A DNA stretch of 64,000 nt, from contig NC_092674.1 in the NCBI RefSeq assembly GCF_964355755.1, positions 5,704,001 to 5,768,000 on the forward strand, given 5' to 3'. This stretch comes from Antedon mediterranea (Eukaryota > Animalia > Echinodermata). Both the position numbers and the translations under genes were made by a program. The notes beneath the pieces are model-generated. The model searched no databases. It worked only from the letters and a program-made list of their open reading frames with translations, and was not told the DNA's origin. Below are positions 1 to 14,500 of the stretch, piece by piece. Position 1 is the first letter of the stretch. Each line of letters opens with the position of its first letter.

Positions 1-168
1 TTCGACATTTTCAAAATCAAATAAATTAAACCTAACTACATCTGTTAAGATTCAATCAATACTTATTCCTATCTTACATAGCAACAATATTCCCTCGACT
101 ATCCTAACATTTCTTGAAGTCATGTGAACGATTGGATTCTCTTCTTTGCTTACTGAGCAAAAGAAGTT

Positions 169-266
169 CAAGTGGCCGACCAGCATTATTTAAATTGCAT
201 CCCAAGTGGTCACCCAGCGTTTATCTAGCTTGCATCCCAAGTGGGTCGCCAAGTGTTATCTAACTT
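169..266. repeat. Degenerate minisatellite, ~34-bp unit, about 3 copies
   Basis: The unit caagtgg..ccagc.ttat.ta..ttgcatcc recurs three times in tandem. Confidence 0.75.
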
Positions 267-504
267 TGTGAGAAAGGAAGCAATGCATTTGTGATGGATT
301 AACATATTTTTTTAGTAATATACTGTAAACTGATTTGTATTTCTGGTTTTTTTTTTTCAATGTTTAAAAATATCACTAGGTGACCTTTTTAAGTCATATA
401 AGTAATAATTTTGTAATCATGGAGATAAAAAATATATGGGTAAATATTGTTCGCTTATTGGGGGTTGGTTGTAGTATTGTATATATTTCTCCTCACTTGT
501 TTCA

Positions 505-570
505 CAGAGTTTTCCCCTTAATAATAGTGTCCTCTGAATAGGTGTGTCCCAACGGGGGTGTTCTACTATA
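505..570. mobile_element. Fragment of pogo/Tigger-like MITE family (right end)
   Basis: Contains tcccctta/gtgtcc..gaatagg motifs and ends in ttctactata, similar to the 17981-18111 and 46156-46357 ends. Confidence 0.45.
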
Positions 571-759
571 GTTAAGTTTATTAAAGAAATTCATTAAGAA
601 ATTTAATTGACAAAAGTGGTGGTTTTATGACCAATCTTGCATTCATCCCTTGAGAAATGGTGGAAATGTGAACATCCTGACTTCACCATTCTATGATGTA
701 TTACACATGACCTCCAGATCAGCTGCCAACCAGTATATCCTGACATAAACATAAAGTAT

Positions 760-1160
760 CACACCAACCAACCAATAAATGCATCAACTGGATGGAGACT
801 GGCAAATGAGATAAGATTTTGGTTGTCACTTTACTAACCCGTGAGAATTTGAACATCCAGCAACATGGTACCTGGCAATTCCTGTATTTGACAAACAATG
901 TAGCCTACCAAACAAATAATGCACTCACCACTAATGTTACCACCAAAAGTTGCACAAATGTACCCGACAAGCAGTGTAACTTAGAAACCCATGAAACTGA
1001 CTGACTGGTTTACTCCATCATCCACCCAGTACTGCAACCAACTCATGTACCTACGAACCGATTTATCAAACAACTTCAACTAATACCAACCATTCTACCT
1101 AGCAAACTGTATCTACATAGTATTCTATACCCACTTAGTTGACTACCTCATAATCATCTA
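760..1160. repeat. Highly decayed (ACCA/ACCT/ACTG)n-type simple repeat tract
   Basis: C/A-rich, G-poor stretch with accaaccaacc, actgactgactg and tacctac remnants. Confidence 0.4.
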
Positions 1161-2515
1161 CAAATATAAACATGTTTAAATAACCTTCCTCCCCCACAAT
1201 GTCTCTCCCTCTACAATTACAAATTCCCTAGCCGATTACAAACTAACATAACAGATTTGTCTCAAAGATCGAAAGATTATTTTGGCGACAAATTCCAAAT
1301 CCTTCTAAACACATAGTCATGTAAATGAAGATGATTACAACCATTTTTCTTTTTAAAAATAATTCCATTGGCAAACATTTAAAGTTTCCTAAATTTCTAT
1401 ATTAACTGTGATATGTGTCGACTTTCGTAGGCACACCCTTTCCTGATATTCCGCCACTTGGGATTTTAATCATTCCAGCATAATTTCATGTAGCCTGGTC
1501 ATATGTCGTTTCTAAGGAAAACTTAAGTCTGACAGGTGTTTGAGTTGCCTTTTTTCTGTGTACAGGTTTGCAAGTGTTTTTTATGTCACATGGTATTGAT
1601 ATGTCATGTTTTAAAATGAAAACTTGTATAATTATCACCTTTTCAAGGCTTTTAAAAGTTATTTTTACAAATTTTGTATGATATCAATTACAATCAAGTC
1701 AAGGAGTCTGCATGTATTTCCTATTACAATTTACTGTTATCAAATTAACTTGATATAACTTATAGGTAAGATTTTTATTAAAATTAGAGAGGATAATATG
1801 TCAACAAATAATATCGATCATTTTCATAGCCTTTGGTACTTGATGCCAGCACATTGTGGTACAACTCGTTAACAAAAAATTGACTTAATGTGAATAAACT
1901 TTACAAGGGAAATATCTTGATTTTAATAGACTTACAGTTGTAAGGTGTGAGTTTTTTCTTGGCCCTATTCCAATTTTGATATGAATATAATGTTATTTTG
2001 AAAGGCTTTAACTAAGTTTCTAATACTGCCAAATACATAATCACCAATTGTTCTATGAAAAACTTGCCAAAATTGAAGGAGAAAAAATATATATACTGTA
2101 CACACACACAATGATGATATCTAGAAAATGTTCTATTTAAGGTTGAGAACGATAATTGCATTATATGGATATATTCTTTGGCTTGAAGCATTTAAAAAAA
2201 TGTGAATATTATGATTTCTGTAAATCAGTTAAAACCTTTTTTATAGCTGTTGAAAGTTGATAAAAAGTTGTATATAATCCAATTATTTGTCAAAATTTAT
2301 TAGGTGATTTTCAGTATGGTATAATTTTGCCAGTATCATAGGCAAATTCTGTAATACAGTTTCTCATATTTATCATATGTGACACCTGTATCATAGGCCA
2401 TATATATAAACTTAACAGAATTTGCTATTGCAGTATATCTTTAGATTCAAACGACATTGAGCAATCTCACCTTTTTCTTACAATAAACTTTTTTTTTATC
2501 TTGTAATTTCTGCAG

Positions 2516-2670
2516 CTGTTTTTCTTCCTCTTTTCGTTAACATTTCTACTAATTAAATTTCTAAAAGTAAAGTTTCACACTAATAATTTAATATACATTT
2601 GTTTGGTGATACTGTAATAATATAATACAGAACTAAACATTAAGAAAGAGAAGCAAGTTGTTGTCTGTTG
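2516..2670 (+). other. Candidate non-coding (5' UTR) exon
   Basis: Long pyrimidine tract ending tttctgcag at 2515 and a consensus donor G|gtaagt at 2671. No open frame. Confidence 0.3.
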
Positions 2671-3506
2671 GTAAGTTTTGAAAATCGGACTTGTATTTAA
2701 GATAATGTATTATTGATTCTAGTTTCAAATTATGTGACCATCAACAATAACCAGATATATTTTACTTAAATACTACATATTTTACTTAAGTTATTAAATA
2801 TTTAAGATTTTCACTTATGTCGTATTTACTCAGAATAGGAGAATCTTTCAAATTAAAGTGCAAGTGTTTTCTTTAGCCTAAGTTGTGATTGGTAAATATG
2901 GCCACTGTATTTGACATTTTTCTCATTTCTAAAAGAGTATTTAAATTTGGTTATAGAAACTTATAGGTTTATTATTTTCCATTCTGTGTTGAAATACATA
3001 GTAAATAAATTTAGAAGTCCAATTTATTTAAAAAATAATAGAGTTATCAATTTGTTTTTTCAATCTTTCTACTTTGTAAGGAAAATAGAATACTGAAACG
3101 TCATTGTTGTTTAAGACAATGTGCCTTTAATTTCCTTGTATTCGTTTTACCCATGTTACGTGAAGTGTTGTGGAACTAGGTCTATTGTTGCTTGCATTAA
3201 AGTTTATTAGTTATTGTCGGTTTCTAAGACCGTTGACCAATTAGATTATAAGGTCGTTGAAGGTATAGGGGAAGTCATTCAGGTAGTTGTTATCATAAAA
3301 ATCTTGTTTTTAATGTGGTAAGCTTGTAATCTGCAACTTCTGGTTGTGTAGCAGACTACTGGAAATTAATAGGGAAGAAGTATCAATACATAAGAAATAT
3401 TTATAGAATTAGAAGGTAAAATCTGGAGCTGAGAAACTTATTGAGTCAAAATAATATGTTAAACATAATGAAAATTCTGGAAAGTACAGGAATTTAAAAT
3501 TTTAAT

Positions 3507-3575
3507 GGACACTGTAGCTTGGTGGTTGAAATGCTTTCTTACCAATTCCAGAGTCCTTGGTTCAACTCTTCTCAT
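3507..3575 (+). mobile_element. Decayed tRNA-derived SINE head
   Basis: A-box-like tagcttggtgg and B-box-like ggttcaac at tRNA spacing. Related heads lie at ~21670 and ~60845. Confidence 0.55.
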
Positions 3576-4112
3576 AATTTCAGGAACTTTACCACTACCC
3601 ACATTTTGTATAGACTTACTTTAAATAACATGGGTGTTTGGTGAGTAAGGTTTTTTTTGTTGGTTGTGTGAAAATGAAAAAAAAAATGTTTTAATATCAA
3701 AACTATTCATATACTCACCATTGGGTTATCAGTCCTGTGTAAATTCTTTTTTTTACAATTTGAAGAAAAATATTGTTTAAGCTATAATTAAACTTTTTAA
3801 ACAAATATTTATGATTACCTTAAGAACCTATCCCATCTATCAAATCTTACATTTAGATTTAAGATAGAACATGAATTCTTATGTTTCATAAATACAAAAG
3901 TGTGAAATGTTTATTTGTCTTGTATGTGTAGGTATGATGTTGATGTTTTATGTCCTCAAAGCGTTATCTGATATCTCCAGCAAATATAAAATTATTGCAG
4001 CCAGACAGGACTTTGGTACATTTTTACATGTCTTTGTACTGGTATATTTTTAGACATTATCATATACTGTTTGTCTTCACGCAAAATGCTTCTTTTCTTG
4101 TGTTCAGTGTTA

Positions 4113-4291
4113 AGGCCAATTTACACAGATGAGCAGTAACGTTAAGCGGTAAACCATGTAGCTTATCCCACGTTGAATCTGTTTCTACCATGAGCGGAAA
4201 TGCCCGTCCGCTCCACGTTGCGTGTAAGTCATAAGGAATAACAGATTATATATCTTTATTACCACTACCGCTCGTTTGTGTAAATAGGCCT
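4113..4291. mobile_element. MITE with ~30-bp imperfect TIRs, probably PIF/Harbinger-like
   Basis: Left end aggccaatttacacagatgagcagta matches the reverse complement of the right end, aggcctatttacacaaacgagcggta. Flanks are T/A triplets. Confidence 0.7.
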
Positions 4292-5342
4292 TAGAACATA
4301 AACTTTTTGGTGGAATTTTCAAAGTATAGAGTGAGAATATCAGTTTTACCGGAGGTGCAATAGTTGTTCTTACATTTTGAAAAGAGACCCTAGTTAGCCT
4401 TCCATATTAGGCCTACTGTTATGGTACACTCTTTATGAAACTATAAAGGTCTGTTCCGTGTGTGTACATTTCCACAGCATCATTAGCTGAAACACCTAAT
4501 ACAAAACTTATCTATTATTTATACATAACTGGTTTTTATTTTCCATACACATCCCTTTTGTTTAGAGAATGCTTAAATAAAATTAGATTTATATAGACCA
4601 CCCTATTTTAGGACTCGTGCAAACATCTGATTCCTTTTAACACCTCAAACAAAATACATTTTAATAGTCTTTACCTAAATACTTTCAGAAAAACAACCTC
4701 CAAAGTCAGTTATGTTTGTTTTTTTCCAGACATCTTATGCCACAACCACCAGCAAGAATTACCCTTCTGAGACTGAGTCATCCTAAAGTTGGCCACCACT
4801 CAATCGTCACCCAATTTCCGACAAGTTGGGGTAAGTCAACTGGCAATAAAATTGCACCGTTTTGTAAACCTTTGGTGTATAAAGTGATCTTTGATATGGC
4901 TTCTAGGCATACATTTCTTTCATCTGCAGTAAAATGACCATGATTTTGTTTAGTTTATACATAGTTTTGGAGTTAACAAACAAACCGGCATAAATAACTA
5001 CCATTAATTCACCCAAAAACCTGACTGAGGTGATGATAATCTGTTGCGAATACTTCTCTGTGCAGTGTTGCTTTTATTTATTTTAGTGTGTTTTTTCCTT
5101 CAATATTGAATGATAAGCAGCTCAAAGATTTGCGATGACCTACGACCTACGCAGTATTATTTGTCACTTGTCGTCGTCCCAATGTCCCCAGCATAGACAC
5201 AATGAATACCGCATACACACAATGAATACAGCATGCAATTAACATTGCTTAAACTAGATGATTCAACATCGAATGGTCCCTAATTAGTACTATAATATTT
5301 CTAGAGTAAATAATATAAAGTTTACTTTTTGTGGAATTGTAA

Positions 5343-5464
5343 AGCTCTGTCTACACTTTATGTGACAAAAAAATGTGATGTGCTCATGGAAACGATGATG
5401 TCATATCACTACCATTATTTGGGCATGTCACACTTCTTTTGTGTTTGATTGTGTAGAGAGAGAA
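5343..5464 (-). mobile_element. Harbinger/Tourist-like MITE family A, copy 1 (decayed)
   Basis: Starts taa|agctctgtctacact, has internal atatcactacca, and ends gtgtagagagag. Confidence 0.85.
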
Positions 5465-8400
5465 TGTAAAAGTAATCTTTTTCTTATTGGATAATGTAGT
5501 TTTCAGTTTGGTTTAAAATTCTTTCAGGATATTTAGCTTTTTCATGGATGATTATAATACTCCTTTAATACAGGATGTTCTTATCTCAATTATTCATTTC
5601 TTTGTATGTGTAGTTAATTACTATTACTCCAAGGTGATTTCAGATTATGACACCATCACCGAAAAGTAAAATATATTGTTTACATTGTTTGTTGGTTCTT
5701 TGACACTTTGTGTGATTTTAAAAGAAGTTGACATTATTAACTTTAGCTTATATTATTTGATCTAGGTGATGTTCCTGCTGCAAAAAATTACTGATTAATA
5801 ATCGTGTGAATAAATCCTAACCCAATTCTTGGCAGCAGAGTAAATTTAAAGATTAAAACATTTAAACGCATAATATTGCTGTGAAACTTTTAGCTGAAAA
5901 AGCAAGATAACGGTTATTTATTTAAGTTTCATCGCATTTTATATTGGGTAATGTTTACCACCATTTTAAAAAGTTTTTTGGAAGCACAAATTTACCAAAT
6001 TATATTTTTTAAATAAACAGTTTGCTTGGCACTATGCAGCAGAAACAGGCACCTAGTGAATGTCATATTCTCACTTTTGATAACTTCTGGAAATTTTGGA
6101 TACAAAAGTATAGTGTACCTGTAGTCATTTATATATTTTTATGGAATTAAACAAATTCTTTATATACGTTACAGTATCGTTATAGCCTACTAAATAAATT
6201 AACAATCACCTCTCTGTCTTCTTTGTGGATCTCTCCAATAACTCCCATTAAAGGATTATGTAGGATAAAATAATATTAAATACAATTGTTAAAGTTCTAA
6301 AGCTCACTGACAAGCTCTTATTCAAGAAAGATAATTTTAGTAAGTGACGATATATTTAATAACTGGTTTCTTTGATAATGATAACAACAATTTAAGTCGT
6401 TTCCTCAATTTGTATTGTAAATAATACAATATATATAAGCTGCTCTTTTTATATTATTTTGCCAACAACAATTCATGTTGTTTGATGAATATGTACTGTA
6501 CTGTAAATGTTACAAATCTACCCCTAGCCTTAAAATAAAATGAGTCATAATCATCATGTTCTCGGTTAATAACCTTGGCGCTGAATCTACTTCACACTAT
6601 TTATATTTTTTTCCCTTTTGCATATCTGTTTTGCAATACCAGCAGACCATTTTTATTGCAAAACAACATTTTACTTATCTCTTTACAACAATGTAAAGAT
6701 GAGCAAGAATGATTTATAGAATATTATTTTCAAATTTGTGATGGTATTTTTATACCAAATGATTAATTTGGTAAAAGCACATAAAACATTAAATGTAGGC
6801 CAAATTATTTCCGCATTTTATACCATTTATTGAATTATCTTCACCAGCAGCCAATGTTCTCATAGCTACAGAGTCACTTAGGGGAAAAATTATTTCATTA
6901 GTCTTACGGTAGCCATAAGAATTACATAAATTGCCTTTACAACTTTCCCATACTAAAGTGACACAACACAGGGATATCCATCAGAGTGACTGGAAAGTTA
7001 CAAAATTCCAATTCTCCCTCCCTTTTTTAACGAAGATATCTACTTATTGAGAGCTTTGTTGTCATCACTGATGCTCGCAACGCAACACTTGCATACTTGT
7101 CTTTTAACCGTACACTTAATAATCGGGAGACGACAGGTGTACGGACAGCTCGTATCAGAAATGAGGATATGCAGATTCCCCTTAATTCTGGTGTTGTTAT
7201 TGGTTGAAACGATGCTATATCAGTTAGGTTATGATTGGTATGTAAAATATCTCTTGCAAAATGATAATTTTATGTGATGTATAGATGCCGGAGAAGGTGA
7301 AATTATTGGATCATAATAGGTTATCAATCTAGATGAATGATTAACTAGCAAGGTTAAGGTCAGAAAAAAGTTTAGTGATGTGTTATGCACTATTTAAATA
7401 ATCTTTTCCATTTCAAATTATTAAATTATTGCGAATTGATAATTTTCCTTCATCTTCCTAACGCCAAGCTTATTACCAAATTAAGTACACCTTTTATGTT
7501 TTTCTATTAAATACTTTTTAGATAAAGTACTTTATAATTTAATGTGAAAAATATCATAAAAACTATAAATTTTTCAAAAAATACTATTTTTGAAAGAGAT
7601 CACATGTTTGAGGAGTGGTTAGACAAAGGGTTACTGTAGATTCAGGAACAATAGAACAGTGACCTTTTAGGGAAAAGTTTTTTTGTTTGTTATTGTTTAG
7701 GTAGACGTTTTATAAATTTATTCCCGAATCCTCATCTAAAGATCACTATATATCTATACTAGTAATGATTTTCAGTATATTTATAAAGTACATTTATTAA
7801 AAGCAGAATTTCACTAATTTTCAATATAACATCTTTTTCTAGTAAAGTAGGATTCCAATAATTATGTAATCTTTACAAATTTGGTTAATTCTGTTTCCTA
7901 ATTTCTTACATATTTTCACGATCTATTTAATCTCTAGATTTTTAGAATAATTTGATTAATAATTCCATGACGTCCCATGGTTCATAAACAGGATGTGAAG
8001 AATAGAGAACAATGGTACAATTCTCAGTTCATAGAAATTATAAGACTAAATTGATTATACAAGTATTATAAGGATACTGATATTAATTAATTGTAAAATT
8101 ATCACAGATATTTTGCTTTTTAAGTACTCTACTACTGTAGAGCTAGTGGTAGCAACTGTCTTTAAATCATTGACATGACCTCCCCCAACCCTACTCTTAT
8201 TTCCCAGGATCCCATACCCTGTGCTTTGTATATTGATTAAACATCCATTACATTTTTTGTCTTCCATTCGGTAATAAAGCCATTTTAATCTTTTTGCACC
8301 ACACCTTAATGATTTATTAACCACCAGTTTCTCACCCATGTTGAAAAAATGCTCCATGTAGATTTTACGAATATTTTTTAACATTTGCATTGCATTTGCA

Positions 8401-11400
8401 CGGATCATCCAACTCGTTCTGGTAATGAGTTAATGTCTAGTATCAGGTAATCATTGTGGACTGTTATGTTATGTTCTTGGTTCGTAACGAAAAAATCCTA
8501 AAGGTTGAAATTTAAGTATATCAAGTCACCTTCAGACAAATTGAACAGTTGTAGGTCCATTCTCATGGGCTGTACACTCAAACAGATATCACCAATGACG
8601 GAATAACTCAAAAGAATCACAAAATGTGTAATGAAGACATTTGAGACCAAACTATGCTGGGTTATAAGCCATGAGGGATAGCGAGCGCTGGTTGCTGTGG
8701 TGTTGACTGCTAACCCATCCAATTTGCACCGTGTGTGGCTCCACTCTGGCAGATCTTCAAGAATTGGACGTGATTTTTGCAGCGTAAGGGCCCTTTTTTT
8801 TACAACAGATATCTTCTGAATCTTTAGGCAAAAGATGCTTGGTAAATGTGCGTGAGGAAATTGACACGAACGACCTGATTGTGTCAAACAACAGATTTGA
8901 GATTCTGATAAAACATTTAATATAATGTGATTGTAATTTTTTTATAAAGTTGTTTTAGAAAGCAATATAAAAGTCTTCTATATTTATCATATCATAAACA
9001 CCACATGATAATTAAATGAAAAGAATTTTCCCAGGACTTTTTTTTTAGTAGACAAAAGTTCTTGAAAGTAGGGCTAGACTTACATTTAGTTCTATGATTT
9101 CCTGGCCATAGATTTTGTTGTGGTTTACTATTTTAATTAAAACCCAAAAAATATTTCCAAAGCTCTTGTTTCATTAGTCAACATTTTGTCCATTATCCTA
9201 CCTGTTTCCAGCATTTCTCTTCTTCTCCCAAACCCCTCCCCGTAACGTACAAAAAGTAGGTTTAGAATTCAAATACCCTCAAAGATACTGATAGTGAACG
9301 TGAGTTTTGTTTCATATCTGTTAATACCATGATTTAACATTGTATTATATAATAAACCCTATCTTTTCTATAAAATCTTTCGGCATGTAAGGTTAAAAAA
9401 ATTAATTAGGTACTGGTTTCTTCTTTCACTGAGAATGAATAAAAGAGTATTTAAAATGAACCAAAATGGCATTAAACCAGGATATCGGGTAATTTCATTT
9501 TTTGACTGCCAAAATCTTGATAGATCCTTTGGAATGTTGGGTGTTTTTAATTTGTAGAGTGACAAAGTAGCTCAAAATTGCTTCAGTAGCTGTTTTACTG
9601 AAAATAAATGATCTGAAGCAAAAGTAATTCACCAGCCTTTTGCAGAGAAGCTGATTGCATAGTTAAACAGTGACTCGTGGCTTATCATTGGCTGGCTCAG
9701 CCTGTGACAACATCCTATGAGCATTGAAATGGGAGGGCCTAGTTAGTTTGCTTTCACAACCTTGAGGCTAAGCTAAATTTCTCCATACCAACTTGCTTAC
9801 TCCATGCTTAGTTTTATAATAGGAGACGGAGACAGGTATAAGCTTGCAATTTTAACAGTTATTTTCAATTCTCTTTATTCTACTCCTGACAGTTGGTTGT
9901 AGGAGATAAAAATATACTTTTTAATGTGTTATTGATAAAGGGAATAGTTTAATTAACCAATAAGGATTGTTGTTCATTGTGTTTGTGGAAAACTTTTTCT
10001 GGATTATTTCTGTTGTTGCTGCTGTTGTTTATCGGATTTAATTCATACATCAATAAAAGGACACTACTTCAACAAGGAATGTTAACAAATCTTTGGATAC
10101 AGACAGTAAGTTTTCATAAGTTTCTGTACCTGTTTTGTAAATCATTTTATATAGGATTGAATACCATTTGTTACCAAGATTTTGTTCAGAAGAAGTTCAT
10201 CATTTAAAGGAAAGAGTTAATTTTAAAGATTCCTTTTTTTGCTATAGGCTAAGAAGATAGGTTAGACTATATTTGACAAAACAATATTTTAAAATTGTAT
10301 GGTATTATTTAGTTTCAATTCTGCATTCATTAACTTAATTAAAATAAGGTAAACTTGTATTGTATTTTGCAATTGATGAATTTTAATTTTTTTAAATGAA
10401 AGAATATTAGTTCTAATTAATATGTTTTAACATGTCTTCCTAACTTTCAATCATTAGTTCAGCCTCAATAAATTGAATTTACAGACTCCAACAATGTATA
10501 ATATATATACAAATGACGCGGGCCTATTATCTATATTATTTTTTAGATAGATTAATATTTAATTCATGCATATGCAGTGAATATAATTGATGCCAAATTC
10601 TCCATGCTTGTACCAACACCAACCAAATTTTTCCAAATGAATGACCAGACTAATTATTAAACAATCACTGACTGAAGAATTTGGACAGGATTTTAACTCA
10701 AGCACATTTTGCATCGTTTGATTGATGTGGATTAGGTTGGCTCTGGTATTATGTAACAATTAAGGAAGTGGTATTAGTTGATAGGAAGTAATTTAGAATG
10801 GGATGGTACATGAAGATAAATAGTAAAAATGATAAAGTAGTACAGTGCATATCCTGTACAATGATAGCTAGGTTATGTGAAGTTAATGTACACTGAATTT
10901 TGTGAACTCAATGGGGAACCAAAAGGTTACCAAAATTACAGTAAAGGCCTTGAGATTGAAGTTTGGTGCTGTTTGTTTTAGTTAATATTTATTTATGAAC
11001 CACTGCCACTGCTGGTAGGTAAAAGTTTGTAACATCAACAAAACCTTCTTTCCCTCTGCTGGAAACAATAAGCAATTGTCAGTATTTTAAAGCGTAGCAG
11101 TTTTTCCTTTGCTATAAATACAATATCCATGGTTAATAGATTAATACCAATTAGTTTTTAATAACAACAATTTGTTCTGTGTTTTTAAAGAACAATCTTT
11201 CTCCTATATCCAAAAATATATAATACAAATCTAAAGTTTGTGCATTTAAAACTGCAGTATTTTGTTAAATACAAAAAATTATAGGATTATTGTGTTTTCT
11301 ACTTTCAACACAACACACCTTTGGGCCTATACTTTGATAAGTTAGCAAGCTGCAGTTAATAGATTAAACATTTGACTTTCCATTTATAAATGGTAGCTGT

Positions 11401-11462
11401 TGGCTACTGACGTATTCTGTCACGACAACATACCAGTAGTTTATTCTGAGAAAATACAAATA

Positions 11463-11463
<1 letters not shown>

Positions 11464-11500
<37 letters not shown>
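11464..11500. repeat. (TA)n microsatellite, about 18 units
   Basis: Directly visible dinucleotide run. Confidence 0.97.
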
Positions 11501-11505
<5 letters not shown>

Positions 11506-14500
11506 TTTTTTTTTGTTCGTACAATTAGCAAAAATGTTTGCATGTCTCACTGAATTGATTATAATTACCTATAAACCTTTTTCTTCATCCCAGCTGGGGT
11601 ATAAGACTGCTACAAAGTTTCTCAATGTTGTCTTTCACCGTTCTTCCCCAGTTATGGTTTTCTTTCTTTAGGTCTAGTGTTAAAAGCTTATAATATTTCA
11701 TACTAAAAACCAAAATATTCCAAATCATCTGAAATATGTTACTAAAAAAATTTAGGAAAATAACTGTCATAATAATATATAAAAAAAACAACAAAAAAAC
11801 CCCCATATAAACAGAGTAATAACATTTTTCGTAGAATTCATTGACTCCACTACGATAAGAGATGAAAAAGTAGAAAAACTCTATTTTTCTCTCATCTCCT
11901 TTAAGTTTAATCTCTACTGATTCTAGGTGAATGTTCATCTATATTCTTTGTTTAGAACAAAACACATGATTTAAGATCACATTAAAATTTAAAGTAAACC
12001 AACAGTGTTTGTTTATACAACTCGAAAAGAGATCATCAGCATCAAGTATTAGGCCAATTTATTTTCTAAGATGAATAATACAGAATACACTGATATCTCA
12101 TGAATTTTTAATTCAGGATTTTGAATGTATGTTTTCACTTGTGTAGCAGATGCATGCTTATGCATAAATGAAGCAGACAGTATAATTTAGAGGTACTTAA
12201 ATCAAGGCTGAGTCCACTTTAAAACCTTTATACATCTTTCTTTCAATTTCACATCTTTTTGCTATTAATCACAAAACACCCTCAACACTTCAGGAAAACT
12301 GCCTACTTACTTATTATGTGATTTAAATATGGTCATTTGTACCACAGTATTAATATGGAACTGGACAGATTTGATAAATAACATTGAGTGGCTTAAGGAA
12401 ACGATATTGAAAGTTTATAAGGAGTTCTAGGAATAGTTAAAACCTGAGCCAAATGGGTTATGTGTTATAAACATTTCCCTTGTAATTTTCCATTAGGAAT
12501 AAGTATTAAATGCAACAAATATGGAAATAAAAATCACAATACTTTTTTTATTTTACATTTGAAAATGGTACAAACAATTTTGTAATTATTACAGGTATAT
12601 CCAATATGCATTTCTTGTATTGTGCAGACAACTTTGAATTAAGACTCTATGAATAATGTTATTTTGTGATATTGTACCTTTAATTCTAGTTAATGCAGAC
12701 TTTTTTTTAGTTGACGATAAAATGCAAATTAATTTTACTCTGTGATGGACATAATGTCGTCGAAATGATTTACAAAAAGTGCATAAATACTCATGTGTAC
12801 AATTAAATGTGTTTATAATCTGTTTTTTTTGTGCATTTGTTGAACTAAAAATGCAAAATAAATAAACTTTGACCTTTAACCTGAGGGATACATGTTTTAT
12901 ATTTATGGTCATTATTTTAATAGCATAGGTGGTATAAAAGTTTCACAGAAAAATGGTGTCCTCATATTTTGGCCCACATGGCGTATCATAGCTAATTTAG
13001 AAAAAAAAACTCAATATATCCATCCACTGGTGGCAATAATTAACTGCTAGAAACTTGTGGAAAGGTACCCTTTTCAAATGGTTAAACAACCTTAACATTA
13101 TTAGTAACCACAACATACTATTACCACTGTAAACTTCTAAAATGTTGTAGCGCAATGTGTAATAAAAATTAGTCACATGACCTTCCCACACTTAATACCC
13201 GACCTATTTTATATTTTATACCGGTAGTGTTGTTAAACTCATTACTATGGGTAGCTTCTAAATTTTAGTGGCCGTTTGATTCTCATGTGAGACTATGCGA
13301 CGGCAGTCTCAGTGTATTCATAAAGTGCAAGTGTGGAACAGCTATCAGGGCATGTAAATGTCATGTTAACTAATTTTTGTAAAGTTGGTGTAAATTTGGA
13401 TGTTCCACGCCTATATTTGGGCATAAGTTGAATGTAGAATTCACATTTCCATATTAAACAATTTCTATTAAAAATGTAAAAATGTTATGCTACAAAATCA
13501 TTGTTTACATTTTGATATTTTGAATTCAAATGACAAAAATGTTTCTAATTTGATTATGAATTGTTGTTTCTGCTTAAAAGTTTTGATTTAATTTTTTTTT
13601 AAGTCATAAAAAATGATCAATGTGTTTTTGATTTCTGATTTAATACATTTTACCATCGATCCATTTGATGATCTGAGTTTTCTAGATCTAGAAAAGTCAG
13701 ATATCATTCATATGCTAATTCTGTAAAATAAATACATTAAAACAATACGTTTTCAATGTTTTACTTCAACACTGATTGAATATAACTAAATAGTACTTAG
13801 CATAATTAAGTTAATGTACTTTATACTAGGAACGTTATCAAGTAGGATAATTAATTCTGTATTCAGCTTTTTCTTTCAATTACCCAATAAAGTACTTCAC
13901 GTCTGTTATCACGGCACTTTAGTGCCTAAAGTACGTTTTAACTGTCATCATTCAGAGGCGGCTTCACATTCATTCATTTGGCTCTGTCTCTAGCATTGGC
14001 GTCATGTTTAACATCTCCATATGTTCGGTTCCCTTTAATTTACGCTTTTTCTGTGTAATTTCTCGTTTTTTTATAATCTATCATGATGACACATGTGTTG
14101 ATTTGATTTTAGCAGTTTAGCGCTAGTTAAATATGTAAATAAAATCAATATTTTTCTAACTTATTGATGATTATTTTATTAATGTATAAAAATGTAAACT
14201 ATTTGCTGCCCTCTATATATCCGCCTTCATACAATTACAGTGTAGTCGATATGTGTACCCAGATAAAAATATAAAGATATATCTAACAATTTAGGTTTAG
14301 ATGACATTTATGAAAGTTCAAGTAAGTAAGTTTATGTAATGTCCTATTGCATACCAAACAAGATTTGTCATTTGTGACAATCATAGATGTAGTTTGCATT
14401 GTTATGGGTTTGCTTTCTTTACTGGCAACCTCGTTTTTCTCACAATTACCGCTTGTAGAACAACACAATGCTTTATAAAATAAAGTTTTAGTTTAACTTA

